A stretch of DNA of 64,000 nucleotides, taken from Lama guanicoe (lineage: Eukaryota). The translations under genes were made by a program, and so were the position numbers. The stretch lies in assembly GCA_013239625.1 (NCBI GenBank), contig MU053594.1, positions 2,732,127 through 2,796,126 of the forward strand. Direction: 5' to 3'. Of this stretch, positions 1 through 12,355 are shown piece after piece; position 1 is the first letter of the stretch, and each line of letters starts with the position of its first letter. Under the pieces are notes generated by a model, which saw nothing but the letters and a program-made list of their open reading frames with translations, was not told the origin of the DNA and ran no database searches.

Positions 1-794
1 GAATGCAAGATTTAAGGAAGATTATTTGACAGCGAACTACTAACATTATAAAGAGAAATTTTGCATTTACAGAAAAATTCGCTTTCCTATAAATGGCACT
101 CTGTTTTCAGAGCTTGATTACCTTATTGGGTGTTTCAAGTTAAGTTCTTGTTATTTTGTAACTTCAATACAATCTTCCACTAGAATCTTCGGCCTACCTG
201 GCAGATGTCTGGACAGTTAAGTTGGCTCACCCACCTCATGAGTAAGGTGATAGAGCTGAGAGTTAAGTGAACAGTAAAAATATTACTAAAACATTGAGAT
301 CTCAGGATTTAGAAGACTAAGTAGTGAGGAAGCAGTGATTTGTGGGCCAGGATGAGAAAGAGGATTGTGTTAAAGAGATCATGGCCCTATTTATTACCAG
401 ATTTCACTGCTGGTACATTTTGTCTGAAGACTTGCTGTCAATTACATTGCAAGGCACTAACTGGTCATGATACACATTTTAAGTGTGTAGCACTGTGCTA
501 GGTCCTACAGAGACAGAAAGATAATAAATGTTCTCAGTCTTCAGAGAACTTGCAGGTAGGTTCAGAAAAAGTAATTAGGAAACGAGGTTAGAATCAAGGT
601 CTAAACTACTTGGAGAGAGAGACTTCTCTATGAATTAACAGTGAGGATGCAGCAGGGCTGGGTAGAACTTGTCACCCAGGAAGACATTGCAGAAGACACA
701 TGCACTGAACCATGAAATGGCACATTTGGGGCTGCTAGGAAAGTAAAGGAGGTTATTCCAGGCAGTGAGAAGAGCATGAACAAAGATATGAAAC

Positions 795-915
795 ATCATT
801 CGTTCAGCCATTTGTACCTGCTTTGTGTGTAGTGTCCCACCAGGTGCTGGGACTACAGTGATAAGTAAGACACACTCAGCCCCCAGCCCTTGGAGCTTGA
901 AGCCTTGGGGGATTC
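795..915 (-). mobile_element. L2 LINE 3' end fragment
   Basis: cattcgttcagccatttgtacctgc...ccaggtgctgggactacagtgataagtaagacac resembles the reverse-complemented L2 3' terminus (attcattcaacaaatatttattgagcacctactatgtgccaggcactgtgctaggcgctggggatacagcagtgaacaagacagac). Confidence 0.55.
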
Positions 916-2149
916 GTGAGAGACCTTGGTCTGCAATGAGCCAAACTCCACGGGGATCACGTGGCTCTGAGGAGTCCCTTGAAAGACACAATAAAAGAGA
1001 TGTTGATAATTTTATGAGAAAACTTTTAAAATAACTTTTTTTATTTCTGAAATCCAAAAGGTTTGTGTCAGTTGAGGAAAAAAGTTATCTTTTATCACAG
1101 CTTATATTTCAAACTCTGAAATATAGGTTTCTTTCTCCGAAGAGCTAAGACGTTTAACTAGCAGACAGCTGTCTCTTTGATCAATACATTCACATTATTT
1201 TTCTTTTCTTTCCAGAAAAATAAATGAGGACAACATTATATTTTGATATGCAAGGCTTCTTACTTATTGCTTTCCTCATTAAGGCCCTCAACAGATGCTT
1301 ATTTCGGGCTATTAATAAAAGCCCCTTTCAGTAAAAGCCTGGCTTTAGGCTTTAGATAAATAGCAGTTTGGGAGACTTTCAAACAAATTTAATGCTCTAA
1401 TTCTCTCCGATTACTGTAATTTTTCAACCTGTCCTTTCAAATTGGAGATACAGTGAAATAATCGGATATAGAGTGATAAAGATTACTTTAAAATCTCATA
1501 GATTTTTTTTTATATTTTCTTTTTCTTATCATGTGTTGAACCAGACTTTGAACAAATACCTGGACATAATGGGATATCACTGGAAATAGCATCCAAACGC
1601 TACCTCTTCTCAGTGGAGGATTTAGTGGGACATCCACCAGCCTCCAAAAATGCCTGCATTGCTATTGCTCCATATTATCTATTCCAACGATAAGAGAGAA
1701 GCACAGAACTGACCTGGTGGTCGTCTTGTTGTGATGAATACGGTTTCTTTCTGAAGAGCAGAGAGAAGTAATTTGTGTGGATTGTGGCTTCTTGACTCCT
1801 GATTACATAACAGAAAAAGCCGTATGTGTGGAGAAGGAAATTGATTTAAAAGCAGTCAGTGGGCATAGCCAACATAAATTTGATGAATAAAATGAAAAGC
1901 GGCTCTGACGATGTCAAGGTACTTTTTTTTCAAATTGACAGCGCAAAGACCTTGGAGAAACTTCAATTTCATCTGCTCGGTGCAGACACCTGAGCCTTTG
2001 TCCTTTCATCAGTTAGCTTCATTCTCTGGCTCACAAACTAGAGACAGGTCATGCAAAGGAGTGAGAACTGTCCCTGAGTTCAGTTTAACCTTTACCAAAG
2101 GTCTACTCTATTCCAGGCACTCTGCTATAGCAGAAGACATAAATGCACC

Positions 2150-2340
2150 AGTTTATTCATTTGAAAATACTTACTGAGCATAGCTATACAGCTGGCCCTG
2201 GGGATGCAGTCACGAACAAGACAAAATCCCTTTGGAGTTGAGTCTAGCCAGGGGGCCCAACTACGAAAGTTTACAGACACATACATGATAGTTTCAGGCA
2301 TGGTCCTCGTCCTTGAGAATCTGATAGCCAAATGGGGAAA
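2150..2340 (-). mobile_element. L2 LINE 3' end fragment
   Basis: tttattcatttgaaaatacttactgagcat...ggccctggggatgcagtcacgaacaagacaaaatccct matches the L2 3' motif. Confidence 0.55.
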
Positions 2341-5089
2341 GTCAACATGTATAGGAAGAGGAAAAAGCAGCTACAAATAGGGGTGGCCACAAGACCAAGA
2401 ATCTATGGTCAGGTGCTGTTTCAAATGCACCGTCACTTAGAATTCTGTTTCCTTTGGTTTTTGGACTATCTACTTGCCACCCAGTGACATCTGATATATT
2501 CTTTATCCTAGAGGCATTTTACAGTCTCCTTTTATGATCTAAGTATAATTATATAATTCAAGTCAAGATTCTTACAATTTCCATACTTTGACGTTGAGCA
2601 TTGGGTAGAAATATAGAGAACCAAGCAAAGTCTTTGTGTGAAGATGTCAAAGAGCCCCAGTCCCTCTAGAGATTTTTCTAGTGCTACCAGGTTGATGATA
2701 TCTGCTCTAAGAGGCTAGAAACTCACAAAAGCAAAGACAAGATCACCTGATAAGATCTCTGAGTCCAAGTACATCAGAACCAGCTCCACATTTGTAGACT
2801 TGTTCTTTCCATCTGCCCAAATAAGGCCATCCTTGTTCTTAGCCAACCAACTCTGACTGTGTCCTCTCCACAAGAGAATTCACTTTTTTAAACACATATC
2901 ATCCTTTGATCTGAGCCAGAGACCTCCCATTGCCTCCTCCCACAAGGTCATGTGCATCCTGAGTTCAGTAAAGCTTCCTCCTGGTCTGCAGCTCTGCCTG
3001 GTTCTCATTCTCTCTGATTTTCCCTGGAAAGTCAATGGAGCAGGAGATCCCAGTACATCCATCTCCAACTTCATTCGTTACTTCACAAAAAGGAAAAAAA
3101 AAAGAAAGAAAGAAAACGAAAATTGAGGGATAGAAGAAGCTAAGTGTAAAAGGAAGCCTGCAAAAAAATCTACTAACACGATCCCAAAAGCACATCTTCT
3201 CTAATAAGTCAGTAAATAAAAAGGATGGTTTAGTTTACTCTGTCCCTTGTTGTCTCTCTTGGACACTCTCCCCATGATTTTCTGAAGAAATAATCAATTT
3301 ATTAATTATGGCACCAACCGTGTTTTTATCATTCTTTAAGTCGACTTTCCTAAGAGAACTGCTTACTCAATCTTCACGAAGTGTCACTAATAGAGGAAAG
3401 ACTGTGAGCAGAAGGCTGGTCCTGGCTGATTGCCCAGCATCAGTGCACTGTCCCAGACCATCCCTCGCCAGGTGAGATGGCCAGGTGGAGGACGGTGGCA
3501 TGGATAAGAGATAAGATTTGGCTTTTTTGGCGGTTGTTGTTGTTATTGGGAAAATTGTCCATCATGAGAAAAACAGTGAAATATTTTGCAAGGTGCTCTT
3601 CTGAAAAAGAAAGCAGATTATTTTTAAGTGAGCAATCATGGACTGGTAACAAAATCAAACACAGAGTTTCAATCTAGCCACGAGATGCTATGACAGAAAT
3701 GCACCTGGAGCAGATCTTGTCTCCTCTGAGGGTTGGTGGGCAAATCCAAAATCTGTGCTTGTGATGCTGAGAATAAGCGTACAGGAGAAAGCAGCAGTCT
3801 TTTTAAGAAAGAAAGTATATTCAATAAAAATGTTTTTAATTAAAAAAAAAGAGAAAGTATGAGGCTGGTTTAGCCTAGTGTAGTGACTAATGGCAATTTA
3901 AAACACTGTAAACATTTTGGACTTTTTAATTGATTCATATGGCATTTATTTTTTGATATCTATTCTGGGTTTGGGACTATGCTGGCAAACAGAGTGACGG
4001 ACGAAACGTGCTCTGTCCACCTTCGCTTCCAATACATAAACTAGATTAAATGAAGGCATCATCTGCCTAGGTACAGCATCAGAACACAAGCCCCCCGGCC
4101 ATCTGCGAAGAGCAGTGCTGAGGATGGCGGGCAGGACAGAGCCCTCTCTCCCTCCAAAGGGATAACCCCCTCCGCTTGCTCTTGTCTCAAAGATAGGGAG
4201 GTTCAGGCAGGTGCAGGGAGGGTTGAAGGGTTGATCCTCATCTTAAATAATTATGCCTGAACTGCATATGGTGGAAAAGCCACTGGGATATAGGAACTCA
4301 ATGGAAAATTCGTTACAGATATTAACTAGCAGTAGCTAGGAGCTGAGCACTGCTGATGGCTATGTTGTAGACTATCAATATGACCCATGTGATAAAAGTT
4401 AACAAATCTCTCCAATTTTTAGTTTCCTTTCTTAAATGTTGCCTGTGATACTGAAAAAGTCACAAAAGCCTTGATATTAGAATGCATTTTATATATGAGG
4501 AGAAGGGACCTTGTTCCAATAAGGCCACTTGTGATTAGAAGAATCAAACCAAGACTCCTACGATATCCCTGGGTTCTGACCACCGAGGCCTGAGCATCAG
4601 TGAATTACTTGGAAATGCAACTGTATCTCCATCCTGCCTGAGCAGTGAGAATGTTTTACTGGTGGCCTGGGAATCTCTCGAGAAAATTTGTCATGAAGGC
4701 GTGAGAACCGTTCTGCCAAGGTGGAAATTAGATTTCAAGGGTGATGTTCAAGATTTTCATTTCATCCACTACTGCAGAGCGACAAAGCACAACATGAAAT
4801 GGCAGGGAAACTATTTTCAGACCTTGTCATTTGCTTAGGCTACAGGAATATTTGCTGGTTGCAAATTTGACATAGTGGGGATTCATTTTTCTTTTAGAAA
4901 CAAAAACCTCTTTTTGAGGACAAAATGCTGAGACTTTGGATGGAGAATAAACAGATTTTCCCACAGTTTTAGCTCTTTGGTTACACCAGCGAGGCACTGG
5001 TGAGACTCCCAAGGTGAATAAAATGTAATTTGCGGAAGCGCCAACCGTGGCATTTCGCGTAGTTCCTGATGTGATGCTGTCACTCCACC

Positions 5090-5260
5090 TTATTTATGTA
5101 GCACTCCTGTGTGTACAGCCCTCTGCTTGTGCTTTAAATACATTCATTCTTTCCTATAAGCCTCACAATAATCCTGCCAGAGAGGAGAGGTCACATGCCT
5201 GTGGCCACGGAGCTAGTAAGTAGGAGAGCTGGGATTGACACCAGGGGCCATGTGTCAACA
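5090..5260 (-). mobile_element. MIR SINE
   Basis: cctcacaataatcctg...ggccacggagctagtaagtaggagagctgggattgacaccagg is MIR core in reverse. Confidence 0.55.
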
Positions 5261-7215
5261 AATCCCTTAATACCAGCGATTTTAAAATTTTGTCCTTCAT
5301 CGGTGCCCTGGGGCACGGGAGGGTCTAATAGGGACAGGATCAAAGCTATTCATCTCTGCTTCTTGTGGACCATCTCTTGTCTTTATCTCATTTATATATG
5401 GTGGGTTTCCTCTGGTTTAGAACTCACAAAATTTACAGCATAACTCGATGCACCAAGAAAAAAAATGCAGTTTCTTTGTTGGTCTGTAGCTAATCGTGTC
5501 ACCATTAACAGGCTTCATCGGATGGCAAGCAGAGAAGAGAAATTTAAGTAAGTGTCCAGAGAGATTTAAGCTTAATTCAATTTTAACAATTGATTGCTTT
5601 TTCAAAAAGGCAGTGCAGTGTTTCAGAGAGCCACCTCACCCCTCTACCCTTTCCATCCTCAGAAGGCTTCTGGGAGTGTCCAGGTAGAGATGTGACCTTC
5701 CTGTCCACATCCGGTGCCATGCTCCTGGCTGCCTCGGGGGCCGAGCACCCAGATGCTTCCCAGTGCTGAAGTCTATTCTTACAGCACCAGTGCTCTCCTG
5801 GCAAAGCTCCCTGGGCTGGAACGGACTCCTTCTCACATTACAGATCTTCCGAGGTCTGGCCACGACTCTCATTTGTTACAAGTCCAAGCAGCCAGCTCTG
5901 CAGTCTTTATTAACTGGGAGACACCTCATCCCCAGAAAGAGGACCCCCTCTGGCTAAACAAGCTGCTTCTACCAAGTTAGACAATAAGAATTTCCCTGCT
6001 GGTCTGAACAAATCTATTCTCGAAAAGATGAGAGCTGGAGATCGAGTTACACATAAAATAGGAATGCCCCCTTAGCCTCCCTCAATGGGCCAGTGTTTTA
6101 ACTGTATTCATTCATAGTTGACACGAATCAAGAATTGCAGAATGTTAGTCCTGGAAATGCCTTAAAGGCCATCCACACTCCTCCTGCCCATCTGAGCAAG
6201 ATGAAGAACCTGCGGCTCAGAGATGAAATGGTTGTTGGCGGTCACTCCTTATTTATGGGGTTTAAGCCCCCCATACCACCCGCCCATCCATCAGAAACCG
6301 CACCAGCCAAAGGGGCTGCGTCCGGCCCTACATGCCTGGGCATGGCACGTACGTGCACGTCACACTCATGACACTTTGACCAAGAACCTTCAGAGGGAGC
6401 AGCTGAAACTGCTTCGGCATGTGCCACTATCTGTGAGACCCTCTGAGCCCAAAGAGGTCAGCTGCGCTTCTCTTTAAGTGATCTGTCCTTCAGTGCCTTA
6501 CGTATTTGGAAGGCATCTGAGAGACCAAGGCCAGGAAGGACGCGGAGGCGCACAATCCAGCTCAGGAAAATTTTTTCTCAGTTCTTTATCTCTACTCACC
6601 ATAGCTTCAAGATAATGCCACCTTTGGGGAGCAGGATGGGAGATTCTCAGCAAGAAAATATATTCTGTAATGAGAAGCACAAAAAAGCCCTCCATGAATA
6701 CTAATGTGCTGCCTAACTATCGTATCTTTGATTTCCCACTCAGTGAATTATCCGAAATAAAACGTAAAAACAATTATACTGGGGAATGAGAGACCATGGC
6801 TATGAGGGGAGGGCCAATTTTAAAATGGCATAAAATAGCTATAAAGAATAGGACCACATTCTAGAAAAAAATGCCTTTTTCCCTGCAGTGCAGACTACTG
6901 ATCCTAGGCTCCTACAGAAACAGAGCCTGAGGCAAAAGTTTATGAGCTGTGGCTCCTGCAAGAGGGTAAGCCCTGGGGGAGCAGGAGAGGAAGGCAGGGC
7001 CCAGTGGGTAGAATGGGGCACTTTGGGAAGTTTGTGTGATTCTGTTTTATTCTCCAGATGCACACGCTTGCCTGATTTTCAGAACCATGTGGTTCTTCAG
7101 TGGCTTGTGTTGGTTGCTTCCAAGTCCTCAAAATCAAGAGGGGTCTCTAATTCCAGGCCTCTCCCTGGTCAGAATCCACCCCTCCTGGCATCAGCAACTC
7201 CTCATTTTCCTGGGT

Positions 7216-7734
7216 TGTCTCTGTGAACAAAAAATACTGCAAGCCATATCAATAAACAAAGAATGCTGTGGCCATCAAGTCATCAGCCGCTACCACCACC
7301 CCTGACAATGAGTGGAGGGAACTTAGCATGCAGACAAGCAGGCAGCCTGGCCCGGCCTCTGCCACCACCCCTAGCAGTGAACCCTGAGGGAACTCAGGAT
7401 GTGAAAGAACCGGCTACTGGCCCTAGATAGCGAGGGGCATATCAAAGGAGTGATTTCAGTGAGCTCAGACTTCTGCACCTTCCCATGCATAGAAAAGAGT
7501 TAATTCCTTAACTTAAGATGCCTGGTTTTCTTTAATTAACAGTAATCTTTTGATGTTCCAACTACCTGGTCTTTGTTGCAGAAATTCATATATCGTGGCT
7601 TCTGCCTTGCCACTTTGAAGCAGTCTCTCAGAGCAATCTGGGAGGCTATCACCCCAGGCTTAAGTCCTCAGAAATGTTCGCCAAATAAAACTTAATTCTC
7701 AACTTGTAGGTTGTGCATTTTATTTCAGTGGACA
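7216..7734 (+). mobile_element. ERV1-class solo LTR (MER41-like, artiodactyl type)
   Basis: TG...CA termini; AATAAA at ~7684 followed by cttaattctcaacttgtaggttgtgcattttatttcagtggaca, the U5 end I recall for artiodactyl MER41-type LTRs; internal ~70-bp direct repeat; no clean TSD. Confidence 0.7.
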
Positions 7735-7794
7735 GGTCACCTGCTTTTCCAGGCAGCCACCGGAGAAGCTCTAACAGCAGCGACCTCTTCCAGT

Positions 7795-8214
7795 GATAAA
7801 ACCCCCTGACCTACAGTGATTTGACTTAGATTTTTTCCCCTTTACCGTAGTGGGGGAGCAGTGCGCATTCAGTAGAATCTGCACTTTGCATTTTGATCTT
7901 TTTCCAGACCATGGCTCCCAGTCAGCCACACCATCACAAGGGGGACGCAACTGATACGCTTACAGCTATTGGTTTTCAGTTTTAGTACGTATTCCACAAA
8001 TTACACGGGATAGTCAATGCTTCGTTATAAAATAGGCTTTGTGTTAGACGATTCTGCCCCACCGCAGGCGAATGTAAGTGTTCTGAGCACATGCATAGTA
8101 GGTGAGGCTTAACTATGCTGTTTGATAGCTTAGGTATATTAAGTGCATTCTTAACTGACAATATGTTCAACTTACAGTGGGTTTAGCATGATGCAACTCG
8201 TGGAGGAAAATCTG
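7795..8214 (-). mobile_element. MER47 (Tigger5-derived, TcMar) non-autonomous DNA transposon
   Basis: ataaaataggctttgtgttagacgattctgccc...aatgtaagtgttctgagcac...ttcaacttacagtgggttta...atctg followed by TA; clearly homologous to the copy at 28702-29538. Confidence 0.8.
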
Positions 8215-8243
8215 TAGAGGGGTGAGGGTCCCTCACTGGGGAC

Positions 8244-8651
8244 TGTTAAGGGTTGAATTGTGTTGCCTTCAAATACTGAAGCCCTAATGGAGTAACTCAG
8301 AGTCTGACATTATTTGTAAAAATAAGGTTATTGTGGACGGGATTCATTCATGAGGCCAAGCTAGAGCAGGGGGTCCCTAATCCGATATGACTGGTGCCCT
8401 TACAAAAAGGGGACAATTGGACACAGACATGCATAGCGGGAAGACAGCATGAAGAGACACAATGAGAACACTGCCTGCAAGCCAAGGGACTAACGACTGA
8501 GGCTGGTGGGAGCAGATTCCACCTCTCAGCCCTCCAACCCTGCCGACACTTCAGTCTCACACTTCTAACCTCCAGAGCTGAGACAATGCACTTCTGCTGT
8601 GGAAGCCACACAGTTTGTGGTCCTTTGTTACTTTGTTAGGAAATTATTACA
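8244..8651 (+). mobile_element. MLT1B-like MaLR solo LTR
   Basis: tgttaagggttgaattgtgt start, ccctaatccgatatgactggtgcccttacaaaaagggga core, ...aattattaca end; 5-bp TSD gggac/gggaa. Confidence 0.85.
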
Positions 8652-8859
8652 GGGAACTTCTTTCCTGCTCCTGCCGGATAACATTCCTCCCCCAGCCTTC
8701 CTTCAATCTTCCCCCTTTTAAAACTGTACTGTCCCCCAAGGAGCTTCCTTTGTACTGGACCAAGGCCTTGCCTAGATGTCTCCCAGCGGCATCTAATTTT
8801 AAGTCTACATGATTGTGGGATGTAAGGTCTTGCCCCTGTTTGCAGAAGCAATAATCACG

Positions 8860-9072
8860 GACGTCAAAAGCACAGGTTTGGCAGTGTTTAATCCCTCACT
8901 CATTGTACCACTCCAAGAAAGTTAAAGAACTGGGAGCTTCTGGTCAGTTCAATGGGGCACTACTGTTCCTCACTTTGTAGGATTAAGTGAGATTGTAAAA
9001 GTAAAGCACTTAGCACAATTCCTGACACATAAACACCCCAGTTCAGGGGAGCTATTAATAATAGTAGCTATT
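8860..9072 (+). mobile_element. MIR SINE
   Basis: gtaggattaagtgagattgtaaaagtaaagcacttagcacaattcctgacacata...gctatta MIR 3' portion. Confidence 0.6.
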
Positions 9073-9489
9073 AGGGGAGCTTCAGGCATCAAGTAGCAGG
9101 GTGGGGGAGTGAAGTCTTTTGAGCTCTCTGAAATTAGACTAGACAGTTGCCTACTCGGTTATGTAACTGGAGTCACATGTCTAGTCTCCATGAAGCCAAA
9201 TACCCACATGAACACTGTATGCTCCAGAGAGTAGTAAGAAAATACAAGATTTTAACTTTGAAATGAAAGGGTTTGATAAGCCACAAGATATAGTGATACT
9301 CAAGAACCAGGAAGTATGCCTGTATTTTCCAGAAGGGAGGGAAAAGTCAACAAATTCAGGTCAGGTATGTGAGAGTCCGTGATACCCAATGCAGAAGACA
9401 CAGCCTTCCTTCTCATTACCCCAGTGACCGTGGACCAGTGTCTTAGTCTCTCTGAGCTTCAGGTTCCTTACCTGTAAGATGCCATGGAG

Positions 9490-9825
9490 GAGGACATGGT
9501 TTTTCACATACATTTTCTAGCCCGTCTGGGAGATGTTTATAATTCCCCACGGCAATAACATCAAACTTACCCCTATGACTTGCTTTGACTAACAAAAGGT
9601 GAGCGGACATGATAGCTACGCTCAGGTCTTTTCTCACCTCTGTTATCATGAAAAAAGGTGCTGGGATGGAGTCCCCGTTGGCCTGGTCCTGAGTGTCTAT
9701 GATAACCTATTTGCACTGGTCGTATGGGATGGGTGTAGACCATAAGCAGTAAACTAACGATGCTGTTTTAAGACATTGAGGATTAGGGTGTTTGTTTCCT
9801 GGAGCACAGCTTAAGCAACCTGCAG
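9490..9825 (+). mobile_element. Old MLT1 (MLT1H/I/J-like) LTR
   Basis: tatgacttgctttgactaacaaaaggtgagcggacatga and tgctgttttaagacattgaggattagggtgtttgtttcctggagcacagctta are MLT1-type motifs. Confidence 0.5.
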
Positions 9826-10922
9826 ATCTGAAGTCAGACATCCGCATCATGGGGCTTTGATGAAGAGCTTTGCAATTACAAATTGCCCTGCAATTATAGG
9901 ACAGTACTTGAGAAAAGAAGAACTTTAATTTCCATCATGTATTCCCTACTCCCATCAAAAAAAATTAAGTGTGCTTAATAACTGAATGTTGGTGGAGTGG
10001 GGAGAAAAGAAAGATATGCTGTGGCTCCACCTTCTTTTTAATTTGTCCATTGAGCATTTGATTTTGGGGGGATGCACATGTACCTTCAAGAAGATACAGA
10101 AACTTAATAGCTGTCTTAGCTGCTGAAATAGCTTTATCATCTTTTACCATCATCTTGATTGTCGCCATTAACAGAGGATTTAGATCAAACCAAAGTCATC
10201 ATTTACGAAGATGCCTACAGACCCAACCCCAGAGCTACTAGCTGCACTGATGTCCTTAGATGGAAGTTTCCTTTGCTTTGTCTTGAAGAGCATCCCAGGA
10301 AGCTAAACTGACCTAGGCTAGACTTCCTATGGGTGTTTTTGTCTAGGCTCCAATAACCTTAGCCACGTTTTATGGTAGAGAATTGAGAGGTCTCAATGTT
10401 TCATTTTTATATGAATTGCAGCAGACTCAAAATTACTATCTGAATGAAATCTTGGCCTTGGTTGAATGTACTTTCTCAGCTCTCTTCAACCAGAACTGGA
10501 AATGGCCTTCTGTTCTGGCAGATGTTCTATTAGGATGCTTCAGGTTTCACAAGAGGGGACTGATCCTCTCTCCTGCCGAGTACCTGAAAACAGGTCCACT
10601 GATCAGGAGAGGTCGTCCTGCATGCGCTGTCAGGAAACCTTTCAAAAGCTCATGTAAGAGGGTTCCTCTGAAGAATTAATCTGGCAACCCCCTCTCTCTA
10701 GGTTCTGTGAAATTTAATCTTAACTTAAACCAGACAATCCACTAGAGTATGCTTTTGTATGCAACCAGCAGAACTGGTGTCAGAAGTAGCCTTGAGGAAA
10801 AACACTATGCTTTATATGAAGACGATATTGATGAGTGTTTGATGTTCATTACAGTATACAGTGCCTTCTGCAGGAAAATAACACCGAGGATTTCTTCTCC
10901 TAGGAACAGAGGTGTATGTTTT

Positions 10923-10960
10923 TGTGTGTGCATGTGTGTGTGCATGTGTTTGTGTGTGTG
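10923..10960. repeat. imperfect (TG)n microsatellite
   Basis: tgtgtgtgcatgtgtgtgtgcatgtgtttgtgtgtgtg. Confidence 0.85.
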
Positions 10961-11357
10961 CCTCTAAAAAAGGTTTAATGGGGGAGTATAATTTACTGGA
11001 AAGTGCATGAAATAGTCCAGTTTAGCAAATGAATAGTCTTGTGAAGCCCCGTTCAGGTCAGCATCACCCTGCTTCTTCCTTCCTACTCAGTCTTCTCTTT
11101 GTCCCCAGAACATAACTATTATCTTAACTCATTGTAATCACTTTCTTGCTTTCCTTTATAGTTTTAAACAAAGGTATGCATTTCACAATGTAAATTTATT
11201 TCTTAAATAACCTTTATCTTAAAGTGCAAGGTGGGTTCCCCTGATTCGTAGGTACTTCCTTGTCACTTTCTTATTTAGAGAAGTCTCAAGCACAAATAAA
11301 TATGACTACTCTTCTTACTTCCTATAACTAGGTTGCCGGATACTACTAGGAAAGCAT

Positions 11358-11386
11358 ACACACACACACACACACGCACACACACA
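11358..11386. repeat. (CA)n microsatellite
   Basis: direct reading, one CG interruption. Confidence 0.9.
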
Positions 11387-12355
11387 AAATCAAGTGGATT
11401 GGTGTCACTAACATTTCATATCTTTTCAACATCAACCAGGCTCCCAGTGTTGGTATATTATTTCTAACAATTCTAATATTCTATGTATTTCTAATCAGCT
11501 CTTCCTCTTTTCCCACAGTGACTACATCCCTCTGTAATCTCTCTAAACTGCTTGCTGTATTTCTCCCTGCTTAAATTTCAGTGTATAACTTCACTTCAAA
11601 CGTTACAAGGAAAATAGAAGCCAGCACCCCTTGCCTGCAGAGAACAGTTACTACACTGCTTTGAAAAGATGCAGGTTCCCCCTTAATCAATGTAGAATCC
11701 CCTGGTGAAAGGAGTGTTTCTGGGTTCTCTCAGGAGACAGGTACTGAGGGTGTGAGTTTGTGAACCTTTCTGGATAAATCCATACTAACATTACTATCTC
11801 CCCAAGTCTCTGAATTCCTTCTTCTTCACCATTATAGCAAGGAACTTCTGGCAACTTCCTTTCACTTAGCGTGGCCCACTGTTGTGTCTAGTTCTTATGC
11901 TGCTATGCAAATAGGTAGAATACACTGAGCCAACATACTGAATTCAGACTCTCTGGTTGGTTCATGCATATTAACAAATTCAATCTCATGTAGAATGATG
12001 TTCCTCTTTCCTCGATCTTGTATTTTTAGAATTCCTTCCCACCGATCTTTACTAGATTTTGTAGAAATAATAAGCAAATTTTTTACAATTCCATTTGGTG
12101 TGGAAATAATCTCCTCCTGGGTTTACCTTTGCAATTGGCCCACGTACATATCCTGGGATATGACTATAGACATAGAGTCTGGCTGGGGCTGGACACATTG
12201 GTGCAACTGGGAGAGAGGAGACTTGGCTCCTTGTTAGGTCATTGCAAAGACTGTAGCAGAGAAAAAAACAGCTTCATCAGAGAGGGAGAAAGGGCTGCTT
12301 TGCAGCACAAGGAAGGTTCAGGGAAAGTCGAGGACTTAAAGGAATCTGAAACATC

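Noticed and set aside
635..1057. 140-aa minus-strand ORF
   Set aside because: Overlaps an L2 fragment; no recognisable protein features
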